Shown piece by piece: positions 47,230 to 58,400 of a stretch of DNA of 64,000 bases. A program made the translations under genes and the position numbers. The DNA is from Clostridia bacterium (GTDB taxonomy: Bacteria; Bacillota; Clostridia; Oscillospirales; Acutalibacteraceae). The stretch spans positions 6,132-70,131 of the forward strand of contig JAGBSO010000052.1 in NCBI GenBank assembly GCA_017631795.1, written 5' to 3'. Below the pieces are notes generated by a model. The model worked only from the letters and a program-made list of their open reading frames with translations. It was not told the origin of the DNA and made no database searches. Numbering within the stretch: the stretch's first letter is position 1; the number at the start of each line of letters is the position of its first letter.

Positions 47230-48117
47230 ATGGAAATCGCAGAGCAGTTATATAAAGATTTTACCGATGAACAGAAAGCGAAGCTTCATGAAATACAGGA
47301 AATCGAGCTTAAATTGTTAAGAGAAGTGGACAGAATCTGCAAAAAGCACGGTCTGCACTATTCTCTCAGCGGCGGTACTCTTCTGGGTGCAATCCGTCAT
47401 AAGGATTTCATTCCCTGGGATGACGACATTGACCTTGACCTCAAGAGAGATGATTTCAATAAGCTTATCTCAATTCTTCCCGATGAGCTCGGTGATGAAT
47501 TTGAATTTATAAATTACAATGAGTACGGTGAATATCACTGTGACTTCATTCCCAGAATTTTTTACAGAAACAGCAAGGCTGTCAATTCTTTCAGCACAGA
47601 CGGCGGTAAAAACAATTTCGCAAATGACGAAAGAATGAACAGAATCTTCATAGAGCTTTATTGTCTGCATGACACAGATACAAAATGCGTCAAGAGTCAG
47701 ATTTTTAAGGTCAAGATGATTTACGGACTTGCTATGGGACACAGACTTATTCCCACAGACAGCTCAAATTATTCATTCATCCAGAAAATGCAGGTTAAAG
47801 TGCTTTCAACTGCAGGTAAACTCATGCCCATGGCAAAAATCTACAAGATGTATGAAGACTGCGTAAACAGTGTGAAGACAGGTGACGGTGACCTTTATTT
47901 CAAACCCAGTGTACCCCTGCCTGTTCAGCACAGAAATGTATTCCCCAAGAATTTCTTTGAATCTTACACAGAAGTACCCATCAGAAACGATATGGCTATG
48001 GCACCTGCAGAATATATAAAGGTGCTTGAATATCTTTACACAAACTGGCAGGATCTTCCCAAAGAAAAGGACAGACATCCCGGTCACTTTGAACTTCTCA
48101 GGACAGAGATTTTTTAA
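47230..48117 (+). CDS. LicD-family phosphotransferase
   Basis: The LicD signature GGTLLGAIRHKDFIPWDDDIDL is present. I chose the ATG at 47230 (AAAGGA RBS) rather than the TTG at 47206. Confidence 0.8.
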   Translation: MEIAEQLYKDFTDEQKAKLHEIQEIELKLLREVDRICKKHGLHYSLSGGTLLGAIRHKDFIPWDDDIDLDLKRDDFNKLISILPDELGDEFEFINYNEYGEYHCDFIPRIFYRNSKAVNSFSTDGGKNNFANDERMNRIFIELYCLHDTDTKCVKSQIFKVKMIYGLAMGHRLIPTDSSNYSFIQKMQVKVLSTAGKLMPMAKIYKMYEDCVNSVKTGDGDLYFKPSVPLPVQHRNVFPKNFFESYTEVPIRNDMAMAPAEYIKVLEYLYTNWQDLPKEKDRHPGHFELLRTEIF

Positions 48118-48135
48118 AACACAAGGAGTAAATTT

Positions 48136-48786
48136 ATGAATATTATCATTATTATGTCAGGCGGTGTGGGCAACAGATTCGGTGCAAATATCCCGAAACA
48201 GTATTGCCTTCTCAACGGCAGACCTGTTATTGATTATGTTATAGATGCCGCAAAAGGCTCGAAAGTTGCAGATAAAGTTGTTGTTGTCTGCGATCCTTCA
48301 TGTGTTGATTATTCCGAATATCTCAAAAATTCAGGCTTTGACTTTGCCGTAAACGGTAAAGAACGTCTTGATTCTCTCAAGAGTGCTTTTGACCACATTC
48401 AGGCAAATTATCCCGAGTGTGAAAGAATCATTATTCTTGATGCTGTTGCACCTTTTGTCACATCAGAGCTTATTGACGATTATCTCACAAAGCTTGATGA
48501 TAACGACGCAGTTATCACCTGCCAGAAGATAACAGGAGCTCTCGGCAACTATAATTACGATCCTCTTGACCGTGAAGAGTATTACATGACACAGTCTCCC
48601 GAAGCATTCCGTTTCAGGACTCTCATTCCTCACTTCACAACAACATTCCCCAGTCAGGAACTTGCATGGCAGATGCCCAGAGAAACAAAGAAGTATCTCA
48701 ACTTTGAATTTAAGAATAATCTCAAGCTCACATATGACTTTGACCTTAAATATGCTTCATATATGCTTGAAGAATTCAAAAAATAA
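48136..48786 (+). CDS. IspD/TarI-family cytidylyltransferase (CDP-alcohol forming)
   Basis: N-terminal SGGVGNRFG nucleotide-binding motif. The ORF is 216 aa. Confidence 0.75.
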   Translation: MNIIIIMSGGVGNRFGANIPKQYCLLNGRPVIDYVIDAAKGSKVADKVVVVCDPSCVDYSEYLKNSGFDFAVNGKERLDSLKSAFDHIQANYPECERIIILDAVAPFVTSELIDDYLTKLDDNDAVITCQKITGALGNYNYDPLDREEYYMTQSPEAFRFRTLIPHFTTTFPSQELAWQMPRETKKYLNFEFKNNLKLTYDFDLKYASYMLEEFKK

Positions 48787-48803
48787 TTTCACGGAAGTGT
48801 TTT

Positions 48804-50015
48804 ATGGCAACCGATAAGAAGAAAATTTTCAATATAGCGTCAGACCTGGTGTTCAGCATCGCAGGTCTTATGCTTATGAACGGTATGATCCAGTTGCTTA
48901 TCAATCCGATGCTCAATGAGTGGATGGGTGAGGCAGCATTCGGTAATTACCAGTCGATATTTGCAGTCGTATCTATTATGGGTACGACTTTCGGTGTTGC
49001 CGCAAACTATTCGAGAATGGTACGTTCAAGAGATAAAAAGGACACAAACGGTGACTATAACATCTTCCTTGTTGTCATCGCAGTGCTGTGTGTTGCTGTC
49101 GCAGCAGGAACGCTGATTGTCTATAAATCATTCAACGCAGTGCATTTTGTTCTTCTTTCCGTGCTGACGGTTGCAACCGTTCTCAGGTATTACGGTGATG
49201 TAAATTACCGTATGAAGCTCAATTATAAAGGCTTTTTCGTTTATTATGCGATTATAACAGCAGGCTATTGCCTCGGTCTGTTACTCTTTAAATTTGTTTC
49301 ACCCGTATGGATGCTGACAATTCTTGCAGGTGAAGTTGCAGCGGTTGTTTTTGTTCTGTTCAACGGAGACATTTTCAAAGGCAAAAAGATGCTGACACGT
49401 TCAGAACATTTCGGCGGAACAATGAAATCCGTGGGTGTTCTTTCAACCACAAATCTTCTTTCTGCCGTTGCACAGCAGTCCGATAAGATAATTCTCGGTC
49501 TTGCAATGGGCGGTGAAGCAGTAACAACATTCTATGTTGCAACACTTCTGGGCAAAGTCATTTCTCTTCTGACAACCCCCCTCAACGGTGTGCTTATCGG
49601 ATATCTCACAAAATATGAGGGTAAATTCACAAAGAAAATGGTGGTTGTCTTCACTGCAGTGCTTCTCGGACTGGGAATCGTTGCAGTTGCAGGATGTTAT
49701 ATCGCATCGGAAATTTTTGTAAAACTCTTTTACCCCGATGTTTTTGCTGATGCAGAAAAGTATTTTCTTCTTGCAAGTGCAGGTCAGGTATTCTATTTTA
49801 TTTCAAATTGTCTTATGACTGTTATTCTCCGTGTTGCAAGTGAAAAATATCAGATGTACATAAATATTGTGTATATCATTATATATGCGGCAACGGTTAT
49901 TCCGCTTACAATGTCTTTCGGCATCTGGGGTATGACAATTGCCCTGCTTATCACAAACGGTGCAAAGTTTGCGATAACAAGCATGGTGGGAATGGTTAAA
50001 ACCGGTAAACAATAA
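48804..50015 (+). CDS. Wzx-like polysaccharide/teichoic-acid flippase (MOP superfamily)
   Basis: 403-aa protein with about 12 TM helices, in a glycopolymer gene context. Confidence 0.6.
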   Translation: MATDKKKIFNIASDLVFSIAGLMLMNGMIQLLINPMLNEWMGEAAFGNYQSIFAVVSIMGTTFGVAANYSRMVRSRDKKDTNGDYNIFLVVIAVLCVAVAAGTLIVYKSFNAVHFVLLSVLTVATVLRYYGDVNYRMKLNYKGFFVYYAIITAGYCLGLLLFKFVSPVWMLTILAGEVAAVVFVLFNGDIFKGKKMLTRSEHFGGTMKSVGVLSTTNLLSAVAQQSDKIILGLAMGGEAVTTFYVATLLGKVISLLTTPLNGVLIGYLTKYEGKFTKKMVVVFTAVLLGLGIVAVAGCYIASEIFVKLFYPDVFADAEKYFLLASAGQVFYFISNCLMTVILRVASEKYQMYINIVYIIIYAATVIPLTMSFGIWGMTIALLITNGAKFAITSMVGMVKTGKQ

Positions 50016-50165
50016 TTTAGCTGTGCTGAATTATTGTAATTGAAAATTGAAAGTTGAAAATTGAAAATGTATAGAGCGAAGCGGAAGTAAGTGCGTAGCA
50101 CTTCCGAAACTTTCCATTTTCCATTCTCAATTTTCCATTAAGCATAGCGATAAATCATAATTCTG
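50007..50165 (+). repeat. Type-B miniature inverted-repeat element, full copy B2
   Basis: Collinear with B1: AAACAATAATTTAGCTGTGCTGAATTATTGTA, TTGAAAA repeats, a central GCACTTCC region and a mirror arm. The right terminus GCGATAAATCATAATTC is degenerate. Confidence 0.85.
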
Positions 50166-50213
50166 CAGTCATTTCCGTGGCTGCATTTTTAATAAGAAAA
50201 GGAGGTCGGCAGT

Positions 50214-51974
50214 GTGGAAAATTTCATAGTTGATATCTATGGCGATATATATAAACTCGGCAGCGGATATAAAAAAGCTTTTTGTGCTGTCGGCAGATTT
50301 TTCGCAAAATGTTTTAAGGCGGTATGGCAGTTTATATGCCGTATCTGTATTGCTGTATTCAGTTTTTTCAGAAATACGGTAAAAAGATATTTCAATGCAG
50401 TAATGTATGAATTCAGAAAATTCAGGGCAGAAGTAAAAAGGGCAGTGCCTGTGCTTAAGACTGATTTTAAAGAAAAACCCGTAAAAGCATTCATTCATTT
50501 TCTGAAATATGTATTCCATGCTTTTTCTGTTCATAAAAGATTCAACAGGGCAGTCATCAGCACTGTTATTCCGGTGATAGCAGTTTCGGTTCTGTTTTCG
50601 TTTTCGGTTGCTCTCAGAAGTATGACATTCGGTCTGGAGGTTTTTGTCAACGGCGACAGCGTAGGAATTGTAAAGGATGAGAGTGCATATAAAGAAGCAG
50701 AAAAACAGGCAAAACAGCGTTTTGTTTCCATGGGAAGCGAAATGAATGCGTCACTTCCTGAATATTCTGTAACGCTCACAACTGTAAACCGTCTTGATGA
50801 CACTGAAACCGTGTGCAACAACATAATTGCGGCTGTGAGTGAAAAAACTGTCAATGCCTGCGGAATTTATGTAAACGGTGAATTCGTGGGTGCAGTCGGA
50901 AGTGAAGATACATTCATGCGTATCCGTGACAGAGTGTTTGAAGAGTTTGCTGAAAGTTACGGTTTTGTGGCAGATGATTGCAGAATTGATTTTGCAGATG
51001 AAGTCACAACCGTTTCCGGTGTATATCCCGATAACGATAAAATCATGACCGCAGACGGATTGTATAAATTCCTGTCAGGCAATAAGGTCGACGGTATTGA
51101 GCATACTGTCGGTGAAGATGAAAATATATCAGATATCCTCACAAAGTATTCAATCACCGAGCAGGAACTTCTTGAAAATAACCGTGACCTTGATGTTGAC
51201 CGTATTCCCGAAGGCTCTGTTCTTCTTATAAAAAAAGCAGAAAAAAATATGAGCATAAAGGTCACAAGAACCTATATGCAGATTGAAAATATACCTTTTG
51301 AAACCATATCGCAGTATGACAATAATCTTTATGTCGGCAAAACAATGACAGTTGTTGCAGGTGTCAACGGACAGGATATTGTTTCTTATACAGATACTTA
51401 TATAGACGGTATAAAAACAGAAACATCAAAGGAAATTCTGCGTTACAACGCAAACAAGCCTGTCAATCAGCTTATAAAAATCGGCACAATGGGTATTCCC
51501 GTTGATAATAACGGTGTTGCAGTTTCTCCCAGACTTACAAGAGATCAGGGCGGTACATTTGTATGGCCTGCACCCGATAACTGCTTCTGGCTTTCTCAGG
51601 GATATAATCCCTATAACTCACATTACGGACTTGACATCGTTTCTTCCGATGACGGCTCATGCCGAGGCAGAAGAATTGTTGCTGTTGCAGACGGTGTTGT
51701 TGTTATGGCAACATATCATTGGAGCTGGGGTTATTATATAAGAGTTGACCACGGCAACGGCGTTGTCACAGGTTATGCTCATGCTCTTGAAGGCTCATTC
51801 AGGGTAAATGTGGGCGATTTTGTAAGAGCAGGTCAGCACCTTTCATCAATCGGTACAACAGGACGCTCAACAGGTTATCATCTGCATTTTGAAGTCTGGC
51901 TTGACGGTGTGCGTGTCAATCCGCTTCCGTATGTTTACAGCCAGTATACAGGTGTAGCTATCAAATATTATTAA
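50214..51974 (+). CDS. M23-family peptidoglycan metalloendopeptidase with LysM and G5-like domains
   Basis: GTG start with AAAGGAGG upstream. There is an N-terminal TM region and a LysM-like segment (ISDILTKYSITEQELLENN). The M23 motifs are HYGLDI and GYHLHFEV. Confidence 0.85.
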   Translation: MENFIVDIYGDIYKLGSGYKKAFCAVGRFFAKCFKAVWQFICRICIAVFSFFRNTVKRYFNAVMYEFRKFRAEVKRAVPVLKTDFKEKPVKAFIHFLKYVFHAFSVHKRFNRAVISTVIPVIAVSVLFSFSVALRSMTFGLEVFVNGDSVGIVKDESAYKEAEKQAKQRFVSMGSEMNASLPEYSVTLTTVNRLDDTETVCNNIIAAVSEKTVNACGIYVNGEFVGAVGSEDTFMRIRDRVFEEFAESYGFVADDCRIDFADEVTTVSGVYPDNDKIMTADGLYKFLSGNKVDGIEHTVGEDENISDILTKYSITEQELLENNRDLDVDRIPEGSVLLIKKAEKNMSIKVTRTYMQIENIPFETISQYDNNLYVGKTMTVVAGVNGQDIVSYTDTYIDGIKTETSKEILRYNANKPVNQLIKIGTMGIPVDNNGVAVSPRLTRDQGGTFVWPAPDNCFWLSQGYNPYNSHYGLDIVSSDDGSCRGRRIVAVADGVVVMATYHWSWGYYIRVDHGNGVVTGYAHALEGSFRVNVGDFVRAGQHLSSIGTTGRSTGYHLHFEVWLDGVRVNPLPYVYSQYTGVAIKYY

Positions 51975-51984
51975 AGGTGATTTT

Positions 51985-52371
51985 ATGACAGAAGTTGCAG
52001 CCGCACTTATATGGGACGGCGATAAATTCATGATATGTCAGAGACCTGCACACAAATCCAATGCACTTCTGTGGGAGTTTGTGGGCGGTAAACTTGAAAA
52101 AGGCGAAACAAAAGAAGAAGCTCTTGTGCGTGAATGCATGGAAGAGCTTGGTGTTACTGTTTCGGTCGGAAGTGAGTTTTTCGATATCGTACACACATAT
52201 CCCGATATAACTGTCCATCTCACTCTTTTCCATGCAACCATTTCTGAGGGTACACCGGAACTCATTGAACACAATGATATCAGATGGATAACTCCTGAAG
52301 AAATACCGCAATACTCTTTCTGCAAGGCTGATGATGAAATTCTGAAAAGAATTATGCAAAAGGAGAATTGA
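51985..52371 (+). CDS. NUDIX hydrolase (MutT-like)
   Basis: Nudix box GGKLEKGETKEEALVRECMEELG. Confidence 0.85.
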   Translation: MTEVAAALIWDGDKFMICQRPAHKSNALLWEFVGGKLEKGETKEEALVRECMEELGVTVSVGSEFFDIVHTYPDITVHLTLFHATISEGTPELIEHNDIRWITPEEIPQYSFCKADDEILKRIMQKEN

Positions 52372-52372
52372 T

Positions 52373-53236
52373 ATGAAAATTTCCACTGAAATAGGTTCTG
52401 CTGCAAAACTGATAGGTGAGGAGAGAGCCGTACAGTATGTCGCAGAAGCAGGTTTTGATGCATGGGATCTGTCGATGTTTGCAATGTGTAAATATGACAA
52501 AGGCAGACAAATGCTGTCTGAAAACAGTCATCCTTTTGCATCGGATAATTATTTATCATTTGTTCGTAAGCTGAAACAGATAGGTCTTGACAACGGAATT
52601 GTGTGCAATCAGTCTCATGCGCCCTTTCCCACATCATGTCCCGAAATCCGTTCATATTTCAAACGTGCCATTGAATGTACTGCTGAAGCAGGCGGTCAGA
52701 TATGCATAATTCATCCCGATAATAATAAATCGGCACAGGAAAATGCCGAAATGTATAATGAACTGTTACCTTTTGCAAAGGAGCACGGTGTGAAAATCGC
52801 AACTGAAAATATGTGGAACTGGAATGACGAGAAAGATGAAAGCTCTTTTGCAGCATGTTCAACTTCCGAAAGCTTCATTGAGCATATAGATATTGTGAAT
52901 GACGATTTTCTTGTAGCCTGTCTTGATCTCGGTCATGCAGAAATGCGTGGCTCAGGCTCAGGTGCTGTAAATATGATTCATGCACTCGGAAACCGTCTTC
53001 AGGCTCTGCATATTCATGACAACGACAAATGGCATGACTCACATCAGCTTCCTTTCTCAATGTCAATTGATTTTGAGGCAGTTGTAAAAGCATTGAGAGA
53101 TATCAATTATCAGGGTTATTTCACTCTTGAAGCAGACAGATATCTTCAGATGTTCAGCGAAGAAAACATTTCCGCAGGATTAATAAATATGGCTGTCTGT
53201 GCAAGAAAACTTGCAGACATGTTTGAAAATAAATAA
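52373..53236 (+). CDS. Sugar-phosphate isomerase/epimerase (xylose-isomerase-like TIM barrel)
   Basis: 287-aa ORF with the pattern IATENM...LDLGHA...HIHDN. Confidence 0.7.
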   Translation: MKISTEIGSAAKLIGEERAVQYVAEAGFDAWDLSMFAMCKYDKGRQMLSENSHPFASDNYLSFVRKLKQIGLDNGIVCNQSHAPFPTSCPEIRSYFKRAIECTAEAGGQICIIHPDNNKSAQENAEMYNELLPFAKEHGVKIATENMWNWNDEKDESSFAACSTSESFIEHIDIVNDDFLVACLDLGHAEMRGSGSGAVNMIHALGNRLQALHIHDNDKWHDSHQLPFSMSIDFEAVVKALRDINYQGYFTLEADRYLQMFSEENISAGLINMAVCARKLADMFENK

Positions 53237-53281
53237 AATCAGATAAAATAAAAAGAGAGGTGGCAATCACCTCTCTTAATT

Positions 53282-53608
53282 TTATATTGTTCTTACATGA
53301 TTTTTCTTTGCAAAAGTTTCATCTGACTGAAGCAGATATATAAAACCTGAAATAACCGAAAGAACTATGGGGATAAGTATAAACGGCGGGTCAAACAAAA
53401 CATTGAGCACAACGAATATGGCGGAAAACAGGATTTTGAGAATACCGCGGAAGATATTTCTCAGATAAAACTGATTTGCACCGATGATTCCCAGAAGCAT
53501 AGCCAGCGCTGCAGCCATATATCTGCTCTTTACAGGGTGATTGCTTCGCATACCCTTGAACCTGAGCTTTGTGCCGTAAGCAGTTTCGACAGCAGTTTTG
53601 TTTGCCAT
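53282..53608 (-). CDS. TM2-domain small membrane protein
   Basis: 108-aa ORF with the TM2-like motif LGIIGANQFYL and two TM helices. Confidence 0.5.
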   Translation of the reverse strand: MANKTAVETAYGTKLRFKGMRSNHPVKSRYMAAALAMLLGIIGANQFYLRNIFRGILKILFSAIFVVLNVLFDPPFILIPIVLSVISGFIYLLQSDETFAKKNHVRTI

Positions 53609-53626
53609 GTTTACACCTCTTTTAAA

Positions 53627-55117
<1,491 letters not shown>

Positions 55118-55167
55118 TCAGAACTCCTCTCACATATATTTTTTATATACTATATATATTAAAAGCC

Positions 55168-55196
55168 ATTATACAACAATAATTTTCATTGTTCAA
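55168..55196 (-). promoter_or_regulatory. SigA-type promoter of guaB
   Basis: On the minus strand: TTGAAC, a 17-nt spacer, then TATAAT, about 55 nt upstream of the start codon. Confidence 0.55.
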
Positions 55197-55247
55197 CATC
55201 TTTTTATAAAAAAATTAAAAATTTATTAAAAAATTTTTAAAAGGGTC

Positions 55248-55276
55248 TTGACATCTTGAATAATGTCGTGTAAAAT
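55248..55276 (+). promoter_or_regulatory. SigA-type promoter upstream of rpoB
   Basis: TTGACA, a 17-nt spacer, then TAAAAT, about 170 nt upstream of the rpoB ATG. Confidence 0.55.
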
Positions 55277-55444
55277 AATAAGCTGTACTATAATGGATAG
55301 GTATACGGTTGACGAAAAAGCCTTTATATAATTATAGCACAAAATCCAGAAAAATCAACTGAAATTTTGAGTAATTTTTTTGGTTTATTTATGTATTTAG
55401 GATCTCCTGAAATCGGGACAAATAAAAGAACGGAGTGATGATTC

Positions 55445-58400
55445 ATGGTCAACGTGAAACCCGTAAAGCAGGGAAGCAGAGAAAGAATGAGCTTCTCCAA
55501 AATCAATGAGGTTATGGAAATGCCCAACCTTATTGAGGTGCAGAAGGATTCTTATCAGTGGTTCCTTGACAAGGGCCTGAGGGAAGTATTCAGAGATATT
55601 GATGAAATCACAGATTATTCGGGTAATCTGTCACTTGTGTTTGTCAATTACAGAATGGACGACAAACCCAAGTACACTGTCAAAGAATGCAAAGAGCGTG
55701 ATGCAACATACGCTGCTCCTCTCAGAGTAACGGCAAGACTTATCAACAAGGAAACCGGCGAAGTCAAAGAGAATGAAGTTTACATGGGTGACTTCCCTCA
55801 GATGACAGAAAGCGGAACATTCGTTATCAACGGTGCAGAACGAGTTATTATTTCACAGCTTGTTCGTTCACCCGGTGTATATTACGATATGTCCAGAGAC
55901 AAGACCGGTAAAAAGCTTTTTGCAACAACTGTTATTCCCAACAGAGGTGCATGGCTTGAATATGAAACAGATCAGAACGACGTTTTCTATGTAAGAATTG
56001 ATAAGACAAGGAAGATCTGCATCACAACATTCATCAGAGCGTTGGGTTGCTTCCTTGAAGATAATATCATTAATACAAACAGTCAGCTCGACGAGTTCTT
56101 CGGTTATGATGACAGAATCAAAGCAACATTTGAGAAAGACAATACCAAGAACACAGAAGAGGCTCTTCTCGAAGTTTACAAAAAGCTTCGTCCCGGCGAG
56201 CCACCCACAATCGACACTGCAAAGTCTTATCTTGCAAGTCTGTTCTTTGATGAACACCGTTATGACATTTCAAGAGTAGGCAGATACAAATATAATAAGA
56301 AGCTCGGCATGGCTGACAGACTTAAATTCCAGGTTCTTGCCGAAGCAATCGTTGATCCTTCAACAGGTGAAATCCTTGCTGATGCAGGCGAAAAGATTTC
56401 AAAAGCAAAGGCATTTGAAATTGAGCAGGCAGGTGTTGACACAGCATATGTCAAGACAGACAGCGAAAAAGTTGTAAAGATCATTTCAACAGGCATGGTT
56501 GATATCCTTCCTTATCTTCCCGAAGGTATCACAACAGAAATGCTTGAAGAAATCGGTATAAATGAAAAGGTAAGCTTCAAGGCTCTCAGAGCTGTTCTTG
56601 ATTCATGCGGTGACGACAAGGCTTCAGTTATGGAAGCTCTTGAAAAGAACTGCGACCTTCTTATTCCCAAACATATCGTTATTGAAGATATCCTTGCATC
56701 AGTCAACTATCTTAACTGTCTCGGCAACGATATCGGTACACTTGACGATATTGACCATCTCGGAAACAGAAGAATCCGTTCTGTAGGCGAACTTCTTCAG
56801 AATCAGGTAAGAATCGGTTTCACAAGAATGGAAAGAGTTGTAAAGGAAAGAATGTCACTCCAGACACAGGAAAGTGACAAGCTCACTCCTCAGGCTCTTA
56901 TCAATATCCGTCCTGTTGTTGCAGCAATCAAGGAGTTCTTTGGTTCATCACCCCTTTCACAGTTCATGGATCAGAACAACCCCCTTGCTGAACTTACACA
57001 TAAGAGAAGACTCTCAGCTCTCGGCCCCGGCGGTCTTTCACGTGACCGTGCAGGTTTCGAAGTTCGAGACGTTCACTATTCACACTACGGCCGTATGTGT
57101 CCCATTGAGACTCCCGAAGGTCCCAACATCGGTCTTATTTCATCACTTGCTACATTCGCAAGAATCAACAAATACGGCTTCATTGAGGCTCCTTTCCGCC
57201 GTGTTGATAAAGCAACAGGCAGAGTTCTTGAAGAAGTTGACTATATGACAGCTGACGTGGAAGATGAATTCATGGTAGCTCAGGCAAACGAACCTCTTGA
57301 TGCTGAAGGCCACTTCATCAACGACAGAGTAACAGTTCGTTTCCGTGACGAATTCCGTGAAATTCCCGCTGCAGAAGCAGACTACATGGACGTTTCTCCC
57401 AAGATGGTTGTTTCTGTTGCAACAGCTATGATTCCTTTCCTTGAAAACGACGACGCAAACCGTGCATTGATGGGATCAAACATGCAGAAGCAGGCAGTGC
57501 CCCTTCTCAAGACAGATTCTCCCATTGTCGGTACAGGTATGGAATACAAGGCTGCGGTTGACTCAGGTGTTGCAGTTATCGCAAAGCGTGCAGGTACTGT
57601 TACAAAGGTCAGTGCAGACGTAATTGAAATCACAGCTGACGACAAGACAATTGACGTTTATGAACTCATCAAGTTCATGCGTTCAAACCAGGGTACATGT
57701 ATCAACCAGAAGCCCATTGTCAAAGTCGGTCAGAGAGTTGAGAAGAAAGACGTTATTGCAGACGGTCCTTCAACATGTGACGGTGAAATTTCACTCGGTA
57801 AGAATGCCCTCATCGGCTTCATGACATGGGAAGGTTACAACTACGAAGACGCTGTTCTCCTTAACGAAAAACTCGTTCGCGAAGATGTTTATACATCTAT
57901 CCATATTGAAGAATATGAAATCGAAGCACGTGATACAAAACTCGGTGCTGAAGAAATCACAAGAGATATTCCCAATGTAGGTGAAGATGCTCTTAAAGAC
58001 CTTGATGAAAACGGTATTATCCGTGTAGGTGCAGAGGTTCATTCAGGCGATATCCTTGTAGGTAAGGTTACACCCAAGGGTGAAACAGAGCTCACAAGTG
58101 AAGAAAGACTTCTCCGTGCAATCTTCGGTGAAAAGGCAAGAGAAGTAAGAGATACATCTCTTAAAGTTCCTCACGGTGAATACGGTATCGTTGTCAATGT
58201 TGAAGTTTTCACAAGAGAAAACTGCGACGAAATGAGTCCCGGCGTAAACAAGGTTGTCCGTTGCTACATCGCACAGAAGAGAAAGATTTCTGTCGGTGAC
58301 AAGATGGCCGGCCGTCACGGTAACAAGGGTGTTGTTTCAAGAATTCTTCCCCAGGAAGATATGCCCTTCCTTCCCGACGGTACTCCTCTTGATATCGTTC

